Of a stretch of DNA of 64,000 nt, positions 1 through 10,307 are shown one piece after another (position 1 is the stretch's first letter; every line of letters begins with the position of its first letter). The notes under the pieces are model-generated. The model saw nothing but the letters and a program-made list of their open reading frames with translations. It ran no database searches and had not been told where the DNA came from. Source of the DNA: Brevundimonas sp. (GTDB taxonomy: Bacteria > Pseudomonadota > Alphaproteobacteria > Caulobacterales > Caulobacteraceae); NCBI RefSeq assembly GCF_041688735.1, contig NZ_JBDNHO010000094.1, positions 2,796 through 66,795 of the forward strand, read 5' to 3'. The position numbers and the translations under genes were made by a program.

Positions 1-269
1 GCGACCACGTCGCGGCCATCGGCGACAACATCAAGGCGCTGATCTTCCCCCTCGCCGACCTGCCCGAGATGGGCCGCGGCAAGGGGGTGAAGCTGCAAGG
101 CTACAAACAGGGCGGTCTCGCCGATGTTGCCGTCTTCGACAGCGCCAACGGTCCCGAATGGGTCGACGGAGGCTCCCGCCGCCGCAACTGGCCCGACTGG
201 CGGGACTGGCTGGGCAAGCGCGCGGGCGCGGGGCGGCAGGGGCCTCGGGGCTTGCGCAAATTCAGGTGA
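1..269 (+). CDS. parC: DNA topoisomerase IV subunit A, C-terminal end (5' part lies outside the window)
   Basis: ORF runs off the left edge. The tail GRGKGVKLQGYKQGGLADVAVFD...WLGKRAGAGR resembles the C-terminal tail of alphaproteobacterial ParC. Only about 89 codons are visible. Confidence 0.55.
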   Translation, partial: DHVAAIGDNIKALIFPLADLPEMGRGKGVKLQGYKQGGLADVAVFDSANGPEWVDGGSRRRNWPDWRDWLGKRAGAGRQGPRGLRKFR

Positions 270-311
270 CGTCGATTTCGCTATCGAGGGTCGCCTCGGT
301 GCCCGATAATC

Positions 312-926
312 ATGGTCGGTCGATCATCGGCTGAACTGGAGACCGCAATGCTGACCACCCTTATCGTCATCGCCGTCATCGTCGCCGTGGTGTTGTTCGT
401 CATTGTCGGCGCCTACAACAAGCTGGTCGCTCTGGACCAGCGCGCCGACCAGTCGTTCGCCGACATCGACGTGCAGCTGAAACAGCGCCAGGACCTGATC
501 CCCAATCTGATCGAGACCGTGAAAGGTTACGCCTCGCACGAGCGCGGCACCCTCGACGCGGTGACCCAAGCCCGCGCGGCCGCCGCCGGCGCGACCTCGG
601 TCAACGACAAGGTCCAGGCCGAGAACATGCTGACCGCCACCCTGGGTCGTCTGTTCGCCGTCGCCGAGGCCTATCCGGACCTCAAGGCCAACACCAACTT
701 CCTCGAGCTGCAGCGCGAGCTTTCCGACATCGAGAACAAGCTGGCCGCCGCCCGCCGCTTCTTCAACAACGCGGTCAGCGAGTTCAACGCCGTCCGTCGC
801 CAGTTCCCGACCGTTCTGTTCGCGGGCATGGTCGGTTTCGGCTCCGACAAGCCCTTCTTCGACGTGGGCGAGGGCGACCGGGCCTCAATGACCGCTGCCC
901 CGCCCAAGGTCAGCTTCACAGCGTAG
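312..926 (+). CDS. LemA family membrane protein
   Basis: N-terminal TM helix followed by YNKLVALDQRADQSFADIDVQLKQRQDLIPNLIETVKGYASHE, typical of LemA. An alternative start at 348 is possible. Confidence 0.85.
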   Translation: MVGRSSAELETAMLTTLIVIAVIVAVVLFVIVGAYNKLVALDQRADQSFADIDVQLKQRQDLIPNLIETVKGYASHERGTLDAVTQARAAAAGATSVNDKVQAENMLTATLGRLFAVAEAYPDLKANTNFLELQRELSDIENKLAAARRFFNNAVSEFNAVRRQFPTVLFAGMVGFGSDKPFFDVGEGDRASMTAAPPKVSFTA

Positions 927-938
927 GGGACCGCATCG

Positions 939-1961
939 ATGGCCGCCGTCGGGCTCCAGACCCACATCTGGGCGAACAACACCCGGTCCATCCTGCTGCT
1001 GGCGAGCTTCCCCTTACTGGTGGCCTGCATCCTCTACGGGGTGCAGTTGATCCTGATGGGTCTGGGCTTCATGCCGGGCACGGGCAGGGGACTGGGCGAC
1101 GACATGGCGCTGGCCGCGTCCTGGCTGGGCTGGACCGTGCCTCTGGCTTTCGCGGTCGCCGCCGTCTGGTTCGCCATCGCCTATTTCGGCAGCCAGGCCA
1201 TGGTCGATATGATGACAGGGGCGCGCAAGGTCGAGCGCAAGTCCGAACCGGAGCTCTACAACCTGCTGGAAAACCTCGCGATCTCCAGGGGTCTGCGCAC
1301 GCCGGCCCTGAGGATCATCGCCGACGACAGCCTGAATGCCTTCGCCACCGGTCTGCACGAGGGCCAGTACAGCATCACCGTCACCCGGGGGATCGTGGAC
1401 GCCCTGACCCGGGACGAGCTGGAGGCCGTCCTGGCTCACGAACTGACCCACGTCATCAACAAGGACGTGCGGACGATGGTGATCGCCTCGATCTTCGCGG
1501 GCATCATCAGCGTCATCGCGGAAATGGTCTTCCGGGGCCTGCTCTATTCGCGCGGCGGCGGGCGGCGGAGCAACAAGAACGCCATGCCGCTGATCCTGAT
1601 CGGGATCGCCTTCGCCGTGGTCGGGTTCGCCCTGGCCATCGTGGTGCGCATGATGCTGTCGCGGACACGGGAGTTCGTCGCTGATGCTGGCGCGGTCGAA
1701 CTGACCAAGAACCCCGACGCCATGATTTCGGCCCTGCGCAAGGTCGAGGGCCGCTCCAGCCTGAAGGGACCTGATGAGCTTCAGCAGCTTTTCCTGGACA
1801 ATCAGCCGAACGGCAAGGGCTTGGAGGGTTTGTTCGCCACCCACCCGTCAATCCAGAAGCGGGTCGACGCCCTGACCAGGTTTGGTGGCGGTCGCGATCC
1901 GGGGCCGTGGTCCGGTGACGCCCTGGGCGGGCCCGAGACCTCCGTGCCGATGACCAGCTAG
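939..1961 (+). CDS. M48 family zinc metalloprotease (HtpX-like)
   Basis: Multiple TM segments plus the HELTHVINKD zinc motif. It follows LemA, which is a common pairing. Confidence 0.85.
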   Translation: MAAVGLQTHIWANNTRSILLLASFPLLVACILYGVQLILMGLGFMPGTGRGLGDDMALAASWLGWTVPLAFAVAAVWFAIAYFGSQAMVDMMTGARKVERKSEPELYNLLENLAISRGLRTPALRIIADDSLNAFATGLHEGQYSITVTRGIVDALTRDELEAVLAHELTHVINKDVRTMVIASIFAGIISVIAEMVFRGLLYSRGGGRRSNKNAMPLILIGIAFAVVGFALAIVVRMMLSRTREFVADAGAVELTKNPDAMISALRKVEGRSSLKGPDELQQLFLDNQPNGKGLEGLFATHPSIQKRVDALTRFGGGRDPGPWSGDALGGPETSVPMTS

Positions 1962-2692
1962 CTCATCCGCTCCCATCCGAGCCGTGTCAGCTGTTCCATC
2001 GGCCTGAACGCGGCCTTGTAGTCCATCTTCTTCGAACCCCGGACCCAATAGCCGAGATAGACGAACGGCAGGCCGACCGTCGTCGCCTGACGGACATGGT
2101 CCAGAATGGCAAACCGGCCCAGGCTGCGCGCCTCCCGCGCCGGATCAAAGAAGCTGTAGACCATCGACAGGCCGTCGCCGAGCAGGTCGGTCAGGCAGAC
2201 GCCGACCAGATCGCCCGGGCCTCCGTCGGCGGAGGGCAGGCGATACTCGATCAGATGCGTGCGCACCGCCGTGTCCTCGACCATGGCGACGTAGTCGAGC
2301 CAGCCCATGGCGTTCATGCCGCCGCCGGGGTGTCGGCCTTGCAGATAGCGGCGCAGCAAGTCGAACTGCTCCGTCGTCGCCTCGGCCTCGACCAGATCGC
2401 GCGTCAGGTCGGCATTGCGCGACAGGACCTTGCGCTGGGACCGCGAGAAGCTGAACCCCGTCGTCGGGATCCGCACAGAGACGCAGGCGTCGCAGGCCTC
2501 GCAGGCGGGCCGGTAGGCGATGTTCTGGCTGCGACGGAACCCCGCCTGGGTCAGCTCGTCATTGACGTGCGCGCCTTCGGTGAAGGGCAGGGTGGCGAAC
2601 ACCTTCCGCTCGGTCTGGCCCGGCAGATAAGGGCAGGGGGCCACCGAGGTCATGTAGAAACGAATCTGGCGCTGGGGAACGAACTGGGTCAC
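1958..2692 (-). CDS. bpt: Arginyl/leucyl-tRNA--protein transferase (ATE/Bpt family)
   Basis: 244 aa. The N-terminus FYMTSVAPCPYLPGQTERKVF and the C-terminal YLGYWV motif are typical of bacterial Bpt/ATE. Confidence 0.85.
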   Translation of the reverse strand: MTQFVPQRQIRFYMTSVAPCPYLPGQTERKVFATLPFTEGAHVNDELTQAGFRRSQNIAYRPACEACDACVSVRIPTTGFSFSRSQRKVLSRNADLTRDLVEAEATTEQFDLLRRYLQGRHPGGGMNAMGWLDYVAMVEDTAVRTHLIEYRLPSADGGPGDLVGVCLTDLLGDGLSMVYSFFDPAREARSLGRFAILDHVRQATTVGLPFVYLGYWVRGSKKMDYKAAFRPMEQLTRLGWERMS

Positions 2693-2819
2693 GGCGTCAC
2701 GTCCACATCCGAATCCGCCCAGATTTTGGCGACGCTGGCATCATGTGTCGATTTGGCCGGGCGCTGACGTGAGCCGCAAGTCTTTTCGCGCGCCACCCGA
2801 AAGATGAGACGCGAGCGGA

Positions 2820-3722
2820 TCACAGACTGGTGTCCGTGGGCAGGACCGGCGCCTCGCGCAACAGCACGATGGCGATCCGCCGGTTGCCCGCCAGAGACGG
2901 ATCGTCGGGATAGAGCGGATCGGAGCCGGCCTTGCCCGAAACCTGATAGACCCGATCGGCGTCGACGCCCGCGCCCTGCAGCACCAGTCTCGAGGCATTG
3001 GCGCGCTCGGAAGACAGGGTCCAGTCGGTGGGGGCCGTCGCGCGGTTGGAACCGGCCTGGGCCGAGGTGTGGCCGGTCACGGAAATCCGGTTCGGCAGTT
3101 GGGTGATGACCTTCGACACAGCCCGCAGCAGCAATTGGGCGCGCGGGTTGGGTCGGGTCGAGTTCGGCTCGAACATCGAGCGGCCTTCTTGATCGACCAG
3201 CTGAATGCGCAGCCCCTCGGGCGTCTGGTCGATGATCAGCTGTTTCGACAGTTCTGCCAGTTCCGGCATGGACTGCATGGCCTGGCGCAGGGACTCTGCG
3301 GCCGAGGCGAACTGTGCGGCTTCGCGACGGGCGATCTCCTCGCGCAGCGCCTCTTCGCTGGCGGCGGTGAGAGTGGAGTTCTGGCCGGCGTCCTGGGGCG
3401 CGTCCTGGGGCGCTTCGGGAGCCATTTGGGTGATGACCGACATTGAGCCCGAACTCTTGTCGCCGTCGTCGCCCAGCGAGGTGCCGCCCAGTATGCCGCC
3501 CGAGCCCGACGTCGTCTGCGACACGCTGGCCGGAGCGAAATATTCGGCGATGCCGCGCTTCTGCTCGGGGTCGGTCGTGTTGATCAGCCACATCAGCAGG
3601 AAGAAGGCCATCATCGCCGTCACGAAGTCGGCGTAGGCGACCTTCCAGGCACCGCCGTGGTGGCCGTGGCCGACGACCTTCTTCACCTTCTTGATCAGGA
3701 TCGGGCGGTCGTTCATCGACAT
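2820..3722 (-). CDS. motB: Flagellar motor stator protein MotB (OmpA-like C-terminal domain)
   Basis: The N-terminus HGGAWKVAYADFVTAMMAFFLLMWL is the MotB plug/TM signature. The C-terminus has an OmpA-like peptidoglycan-binding region (NRRIAIVLL). No motA is adjacent. Confidence 0.8.
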   Translation of the reverse strand: MSMNDRPILIKKVKKVVGHGHHGGAWKVAYADFVTAMMAFFLLMWLINTTDPEQKRGIAEYFAPASVSQTTSGSGGILGGTSLGDDGDKSSGSMSVITQMAPEAPQDAPQDAGQNSTLTAASEEALREEIARREAAQFASAAESLRQAMQSMPELAELSKQLIIDQTPEGLRIQLVDQEGRSMFEPNSTRPNPRAQLLLRAVSKVITQLPNRISVTGHTSAQAGSNRATAPTDWTLSSERANASRLVLQGAGVDADRVYQVSGKAGSDPLYPDDPSLAGNRRIAIVLLREAPVLPTDTSL

Positions 3723-3856
3723 CGGGCAGGGGCCTTAACGCAGTTCGTTAGCCACACCATCGGCGGCCCGCGTTAAGAAGCGGTATGCAATCGGGTCGCA
3801 AGCCGCGCGTACGATTGTCGTTGCCCGCCCGCGAGTGGTCGCCTAGTCGTCGGCGG

Positions 3857-4366
3857 ATGAGCACAGACCAGGATTTCGCGTCAGACGCCGCCTTCGACGC
3901 CGCCCTGTATCGGCGGGCGCTCGGCGGATTCGCGACCGGGGTCTGCGTCGTGACGGCCCATACCGTCGAGGGGTCGTACGGCATCACCGTCAACTCTTTT
4001 ACCTCGGTGTCCCTGAGGCCGCCGATGATCCTGTGGTGTCTCGATCGCGCTTCGGACCGCCACGACGCCTTCGCCGGCGCCGAGCGCTTCGCCGTCCACA
4101 TGCTCCCGGTCGAGGACCGCGAAATGTCCGACCGCTTCGCCTGGGGCGTCTGTCGTCTGTCGGAAGAAGAGTTCGACAATTCCAGCGCCCAGCCGCCGCG
4201 TCTGAAGAACGCTCTGACGCGTCTGGTTTGCCGCGCGCACGAACGGATCGTCATGGGCGACCATCTGACCATCGTCGGCGCGGTCGAGGCCTTCGAGACG
4301 CGGCCGGGCGACGCCCTGACCTACTATCGTGGACAATACGGCGTCGCGTCGGAGCCTGAAGCATGA
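3857..4366 (+). CDS. Flavin reductase family protein
   Basis: Flavin_Reduct-like core FATGVCVVTA...GITVNSFTSVSLRPPMILWCL. The ATG at 3857 is preferred over the longest ORF start at 3785. Confidence 0.8.
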   Translation: MSTDQDFASDAAFDAALYRRALGGFATGVCVVTAHTVEGSYGITVNSFTSVSLRPPMILWCLDRASDRHDAFAGAERFAVHMLPVEDREMSDRFAWGVCRLSEEEFDNSSAQPPRLKNALTRLVCRAHERIVMGDHLTIVGAVEAFETRPGDALTYYRGQYGVASEPEA

Positions 4367-5226
4367 AGATCGGTTTCGTCGGGCTGGGCGTCATGGGCGC
4401 GCCCATGGCCAGGCATCTGGTCGCTGCGGGGCACGAGGTCTCGGGCTATAATCGCTCGCCCGCGAAGGCCGAGGCCTGGTCTGCGGCAACCGGCGGGCGA
4501 TACTGCGCGACGGTGTCCGATGCGGCCGAGGGCGCGGACCTGTTCATCCTCTGCGTGGGCAACGACGACGACGTTCGCCGGGTCGTGGCCGAGGCGCTGC
4601 CGCATCTCGCGCGCGGCGCCGCCATCGTGGACCACACCACGACCTCCGCCCGCGTCGCGCGCGACATGTCCGCGCTGGCCGGGCGGCAGGGCGTGGCCTT
4701 CATCGACGCGCCGGTGTCCGGGGGGCAAGCCGGGGCGGAGAACGGCCAGCTCAGCGTGATGGCCGGTGGCGACGCGGCGGCGCTGGAGCGGGCTACTGCA
4801 GCGCTGAAGACATATTCGAAGGCGGTCAAGCACATGGGGCCTTCCGGCTCTGGTCAGTTGACCAAGATGGTCAACCAGATCGCCATCGCCGGCGTCGTCC
4901 AAGGGCTGGCCGAGGCCGTGCATTTCGCCCAGTCGGCCGGACTGGACGCCGAAGCGGTCTATGACGCCATCTCCAAGGGCGCGGCTCAGTCATGGCAGAT
5001 GGACAATCGCTGGAAGACGGCGGCCACCGGTGAGTTCGACTTTGGCTTCGCGGTCGACTGGATGCGAAAGGATCTCGGTCTGGTGCTGGACGAGGCGCGC
5101 GCCAATGGATCGCATCTGGCCGTCACGGCCCTGGTCGACCAGTTCTATTCGGAGGTGCAGGGGATGGGCGGTTCCCGATGGGACACGTCCAGTCTGGCGG
5201 CGCGCCTGCAGGATCGGCGCAAATAG
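4363..5226 (+). CDS. NAD(P)-dependent oxidoreductase, beta-hydroxyacid dehydrogenase family
   Basis: N-terminal Rossmann motif MKIGFVGLGVMGAPMA and a 3-hydroxyisobutyrate dehydrogenase-like body. There is a 4-nt start/stop overlap with the flavin reductase gene. Confidence 0.85.
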   Translation: MKIGFVGLGVMGAPMARHLVAAGHEVSGYNRSPAKAEAWSAATGGRYCATVSDAAEGADLFILCVGNDDDVRRVVAEALPHLARGAAIVDHTTTSARVARDMSALAGRQGVAFIDAPVSGGQAGAENGQLSVMAGGDAAALERATAALKTYSKAVKHMGPSGSGQLTKMVNQIAIAGVVQGLAEAVHFAQSAGLDAEAVYDAISKGAAQSWQMDNRWKTAATGEFDFGFAVDWMRKDLGLVLDEARANGSHLAVTALVDQFYSEVQGMGGSRWDTSSLAARLQDRRK

Positions 5227-5254
5227 CCGGCGTCAGGCCCAACCCCGGCATTAC

Positions 5255-5282
5255 GTTTCGCATAATATATCTTAGGCGATAA
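5255..5282. other. Candidate dif (XerC/XerD chromosome dimer resolution) site
   Basis: The sequence GTTTCGCATAA-TATATC-TTAGGCGATAA has 11-6-11 architecture with near-inverted inner arms (CGCATAA / TTAGGCG). It resembles E. coli dif GGTGCGCATAA-TGTATA-TTATGTTAAAT. It lies in a roughly 35 percent GC island between convergent genes, where strand bias and octamer polarity switch. Confidence 0.4.
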
Positions 5283-5400
5283 ACTGAAGCCCCGAGCCAA
5301 GACCGGGATTCCGTCCCGCCTCCTCGACTGGGCGCGGGAGCAGCCGATGACCCCGAGTGTGCAGCGCGGTGACGTCAACTGCGCGCTTCAGGTCCTATGC

Positions 5401-6819
5401 TTACAGGTGAATGGCCCGCCCGTAGGCGTCCAGCGCTGACTCGTGCACGGCTTCGGACATGGTCGGGTGCGGATAGACGATCCCGTGGATGTCTTCCTCG
5501 GTCGCTTCCATGGCAATCGCGGTGACGTAACCCTGTATCATTTCCGTAACTTCCGCACCGATCATGTGCGCGCCAATCAAGGCACCGGTCTTGGCATCGA
5601 ATATGGTCTTCACGAAACCCTCGATCTCGCCTGCGGCCACGGCCTTGCCGTTCACCCGGAACGGGAAGCGGCCGATCCTAACCTCGCGTTCCGCCTCGCG
5701 CGCGCCCTGTTCGGTGATGCCGACCGAGGCGACCTGCGGCTGGGCGTAGGTGCACCCGGCGATCGGCGACTGGACGTTGGGGGTCTTGTAGCCGGCGATG
5801 TGCTCGGCGGCGTGGATGCCTTCATGCGACGCCTTGTGGGCCAGCCATGGCGCGCCTACGCAGTCGCCGATGGCGTAAAGCCCTTTCACATTCGTCTGGC
5901 AGTGGCCGTCAATTGTGATGTGGCCGCGGTCCATATTGACGCCCAGCGCCTCCAGCCCGATGCCGTCGGTGTTGGCGGTGATGCCGACCGCCGAGATGCA
6001 GACCTCGGCCTCCAGCGTCTCGGCCTTCCCGCCCGCTTCAATGGCGACCTGGACGCCCTTCCCGCCCTTGCTGACCCTAGTCACCTTGCAGCCGACGCGG
6101 AACGTCATGCCGCGCTTCTCGAAGGCCTTCTGGGCCGCCGCGGAGACCTCTTCGTCCTCGACCGGCAGGATGCGATCGACCGCTTCCACGACGGTAACTT
6201 CGGCTCCCAAGGCCCTGTAGAAACTGCCGAATTCAACGCCGATGGCCCCAGACCCTATGACGATGATCGAGGCGGGCATGGTTTTCGGTGCCATGGCCTC
6301 GCGATAGGCCCAGATGCGGTCGCCGTCGGCCTCAAGGCCGATCTGCGGGATGGCCTTGGCGCGTGCGCCCACAGCCAGAATGACCGCCTTGGCCCCGACG
6401 GTCCGCGATCCGCCGGCTTTCAACGCTATGACCACCTTCGGTGCCGCCACACTCTTTTCGAGCCTGGCCGTCCCCTCGATCACCTCGATCTTGTTCTTTT
6501 TCATCAGGAAGGTGACGCCTTTGTTCATCGTGGCGGCCACCCCGCGCGAGCGCTGGATGATGGCGTCGAAGTCGAAGGCGACCTTGTCGGCGGACAGGCC
6601 GTAGTCCGCCAGGTGCGACAGGCTCTCGTATTTCTCGCCCGACTTGAGCAGGGCCTTGGTCGGGATACAGCCCCAGTTCAGGCAGATGCCGCCCAGGCTC
6701 TCGCGCTCGATGATGGCGACCTGCAGGCCCAGCTGCGAGGCCCGGATGGCGGCGACATAGCCGCCGGGGCCCGAACCGATGACGATGAGGTCGAATTCAG
6801 AACCGGGCGTGGCGGCCAT
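5401..6819 (-). CDS. lpdA: Dihydrolipoyl dehydrogenase (E3)
   Basis: 472 aa. It has the FAD motif VIGSGPGGYVAAIRA, the redox-active site GGICLNWGCIPTK and a C-terminal HPTMSE dimerisation motif. Confidence 0.95.
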   Translation of the reverse strand: MAATPGSEFDLIVIGSGPGGYVAAIRASQLGLQVAIIERESLGGICLNWGCIPTKALLKSGEKYESLSHLADYGLSADKVAFDFDAIIQRSRGVAATMNKGVTFLMKKNKIEVIEGTARLEKSVAAPKVVIALKAGGSRTVGAKAVILAVGARAKAIPQIGLEADGDRIWAYREAMAPKTMPASIIVIGSGAIGVEFGSFYRALGAEVTVVEAVDRILPVEDEEVSAAAQKAFEKRGMTFRVGCKVTRVSKGGKGVQVAIEAGGKAETLEAEVCISAVGITANTDGIGLEALGVNMDRGHITIDGHCQTNVKGLYAIGDCVGAPWLAHKASHEGIHAAEHIAGYKTPNVQSPIAGCTYAQPQVASVGITEQGAREAEREVRIGRFPFRVNGKAVAAGEIEGFVKTIFDAKTGALIGAHMIGAEVTEMIQGYVTAIAMEATEEDIHGIVYPHPTMSEAVHESALDAYGRAIHL

Positions 6820-6820
6820 G

Positions 6821-7300
6821 TCAGATCAGCTTCTCTATGTCGGCCTTGATGGCCTCGGGTTCGACCTGGGGGGCATGGCGCGCGACCACCCGCCCCTCGC
6901 GGTCCGTAAGGAATTTGGTGAAGTTCCACTTGATGTCCCGGCTGCCGAGGAAGCCCTTCTTCTGACTGGTCAGCCAGGCGTAGAGAGGATGGCGGTTCGG
7001 ACCGTTGACCTCGACCTTGTCGAACATGGGGAAACCGACGCCATAGGTGGAGGCGCAGAAGCTGGCGATCTCGGCCGCCTTGCCGGGTTCCTGCGCGCCA
7101 AACTGGTTGCAGGGAAAGCCGAGGACCTGAAAGGGCTTGTCGCTGTAGAGGCGATGCAGCGTCTCCAGCCCCGTATACTGGCCGGTGAAACCGCATTTGG
7201 AAGCCGTATTGACGATCAGCAGGGCTTGGCCGCGATAGTTCTCCAGCGCCTGCTCGGTGCCGTCGATGGCCTGGGCGCTGAAATCATAGACCGTGGTCAC
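6821..7300 (-). CDS. Glutathione peroxidase (Cys-type)
   Basis: 159 aa with LIVNTASKCGFT and FPCNQFGAQEPG, both classic GPx motifs. Confidence 0.9.
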   Translation of the reverse strand: MTTVYDFSAQAIDGTEQALENYRGQALLIVNTASKCGFTGQYTGLETLHRLYSDKPFQVLGFPCNQFGAQEPGKAAEIASFCASTYGVGFPMFDKVEVNGPNRHPLYAWLTSQKKGFLGSRDIKWNFTKFLTDREGRVVARHAPQVEPEAIKADIEKLI

Positions 7301-7313
7301 AGCGCGCCTCCGC

Positions 7314-8630
7314 TCAGGCCAGCATCGTCACAGGATCTTCGATCATTGCCTTGAAGACCTGCAGGAATTTGGCCCCGATGACACCGTCGACGACGCGGTG
7401 ATCGCAGGTCAGGGTCACGGTCATCACCGTGGCCACCGCCAGTTGGCCGTTGACCACGACGGGCCGCGGCTCGCCGGCGCCGACGCTCATGATCGCGCCT
7501 TGGGGCTCGTTGATGATCGAGGCAAAAGACTTGATGCCGAACATGCCCAGGTTGGAGACCGAGAAGGTGCCGCCCTGGAACTCGTCGGGCTTCAGCTTGC
7601 GGTCGCGGGCGCGTTTGGCGAGGTCCTTGGACTCGGTCGCGATCTGCGACAGGGATTTCGTTTCCGCCGCGCGGATGATCGGGGTGATCAGTCCACCGTC
7701 AATCGCCACCGCCATCGCCACATCGGCATGGTGGTGCATGGCGATACCCTCGGGCGTATAGCTGGCGTTGGCTTCCGGAACGGCCTTCAGGGCCATGGCC
7801 GAGGCCTTGATGACGAAGTCATTGACGGAGACCTTCACGCCATACGTCTCGAGCATCGCATTGACCCTGGCGCGTGAGGCCAGCAGGCCGTCGATCTCGC
7901 AGTCAATGGTCAGCGGGAAATGCGGCACGTCGCGGAAGCTGTCGGTCAGGCGCCGGGCGATCGCCTTGCGCATGCCGTCCAGCGGGATCAGGTCGTAGCT
8001 GCCGTCGGGGATGCCCATCTGGGCCAGCGACTGGACCTTGCGGGGCTCGGCGGCGGCGGGGGCAGACGAGGCGGCGGGTTTGGCCGCGCCGGTCGGGGCG
8101 CCTTCGAGGTCGCGCCTGACGATCCGGCCGTGCGGGCCTGAGCCCTTGATTGAGGACAGGTCGATCCCGCCCTGGGCCGCGAGGCGGCGGGCCAGCGGCG
8201 AGGCGAAGACGCGGGTGGCGTCGTTTTTGGGTGTTGCGGACTTCCCCCCCTCCCCGGCTTCGCCGGTACTCCCCCCGGAGAGGGGAGAGACAACGGGTGA
8301 TTGTCCCCCCGCCGGGGGGACCGAAGCCGCCGTAGGCGGGTTCGAGGGGGGCGACGCCGCAGCGGCTTTCTGCGCTGAAGCAACCGCCCCACCCTCGTCC
8401 TTCAACCGCGCGATCGGCGTATTGACCTTCACGCCTTCCGACCCTTCGGCGACGAGGATTTCCAGCACCTCGCCCTCGTCGACGGCCTCGACCTCCATGG
8501 TCGCCTTGTCGGTCTCGATCTCGGCGATGACGTCGCCGGCCTTGACCACGTCCCCGACCTTGACGTGCCATTTGGACAGCACGCCCTCTTCCATCGTGGG
8601 CGACAGGGCGGGCATCAGGATTTCAGTCAT
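7314..8630 (-). CDS. pdhC: Pyruvate dehydrogenase E2, dihydrolipoyllysine-residue acetyltransferase
   Basis: It has an N-terminal lipoyl domain ([13 protein letters not shown]), a subunit-binding domain ([16 protein letters not shown]) and a catalytic domain ending in DHRVVDG. Confidence 0.95.
   Translation of the reverse strand: MTEILMPALSPTMEEGVLSKWHVKVGDVVKAGDVIAEIETDKATMEVEAVDEGEVLEILVAEGSEGVKVNTPIARLKDEGGAVASAQKAAAASPPSNPPTAASVPPAGGQSPVVSPLSGGSTGEAGEGGKSATPKNDATRVFASPLARRLAAQGGIDLSSIKGSGPHGRIVRRDLEGAPTGAAKPAASSAPAAAEPRKVQSLAQMGIPDGSYDLIPLDGMRKAIARRLTDSFRDVPHFPLTIDCEIDGLLASRARVNAMLETYGVKVSVNDFVIKASAMALKAVPEANASYTPEGIAMHHHADVAMAVAIDGGLITPIIRAAETKSLSQIATESKDLAKRARDRKLKPDEFQGGTFSVSNLGMFGIKSFASIINEPQGAIMSVGAGEPRPVVVNGQLAVATVMTVTLTCDHRVVDGVIGAKFLQVFKAMIEDPVTMLA
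8403..8630 (-). repeat. Lipoyl-domain coding repeat, copy in pdhC
   Basis: The first 76 codons of pdhC match the first 76 codons of pdhB at 69 positions by my count. The DNA is also visibly near-identical over long runs. Confidence 0.85.
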
Positions 8631-8934
8631 TGCACGCTCCCCGTCGGTTCCTCGACCACGGTCTCGACGCCGGGTCCGTTCAACACGTCCGAGATGCCGG
8701 CGAGAATCTTGTTGTAGGCCTGCTTCTCGTCATGGCCGTGCCGGACGGAGTAGCCGTGGGCCATATGTCTGGCGGCCATGGCCAGCACCTGACCGAATTG
8801 GCGCGGATCGTTGAAGGCCGGTTTGACCGACATGACCGGCTCGCCCTTCGACCACCAGATGCGCACGATCTCGACGGCCTCGGCGTCGGCGGCGACGCTG
8901 TCGGGAGTCTTCAGCTGGTATTCCTCGGGCTGGC

Positions 8935-8938
<4 letters not shown>
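8627..8938 (-). CDS. Small conserved hypothetical protein embedded in the PDH operon (possibly DUF5076-like, from memory)
   Basis: 103-aa ORF with high GC3. It has 4-nt overlaps with both the pdhB stop and the pdhC start. No TM segment or signal peptide is visible. Confidence 0.7.
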
Positions 8939-10305
<1,367 letters not shown>

Positions 10306-10307
10306 GG

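Noticed and set aside
3723-3790. Possible CtrA box (TTAA-N7-TTAAC) upstream of motB, involving TAAC...GTTAA.
   Set aside because: The half-site spacing is off by two bases and one half-site is imperfect, so I cannot support it.
5443-6849. Long ORFs antisense to clearly identified genes. Examples: 5443-6849 plus, 18681-20171 minus, 22348-23916 minus, 38285-39517 minus, 43797-45059 minus, 49074-50390 plus and 61533-62630 plus.
   Set aside because: These are typical of high-GC DNA, where stop codons are rare on all frames. Their translations are Arg/Gly/Pro/Ala-rich low-complexity sequence with no family resemblance. The opposite strand encodes unmistakable conserved proteins.
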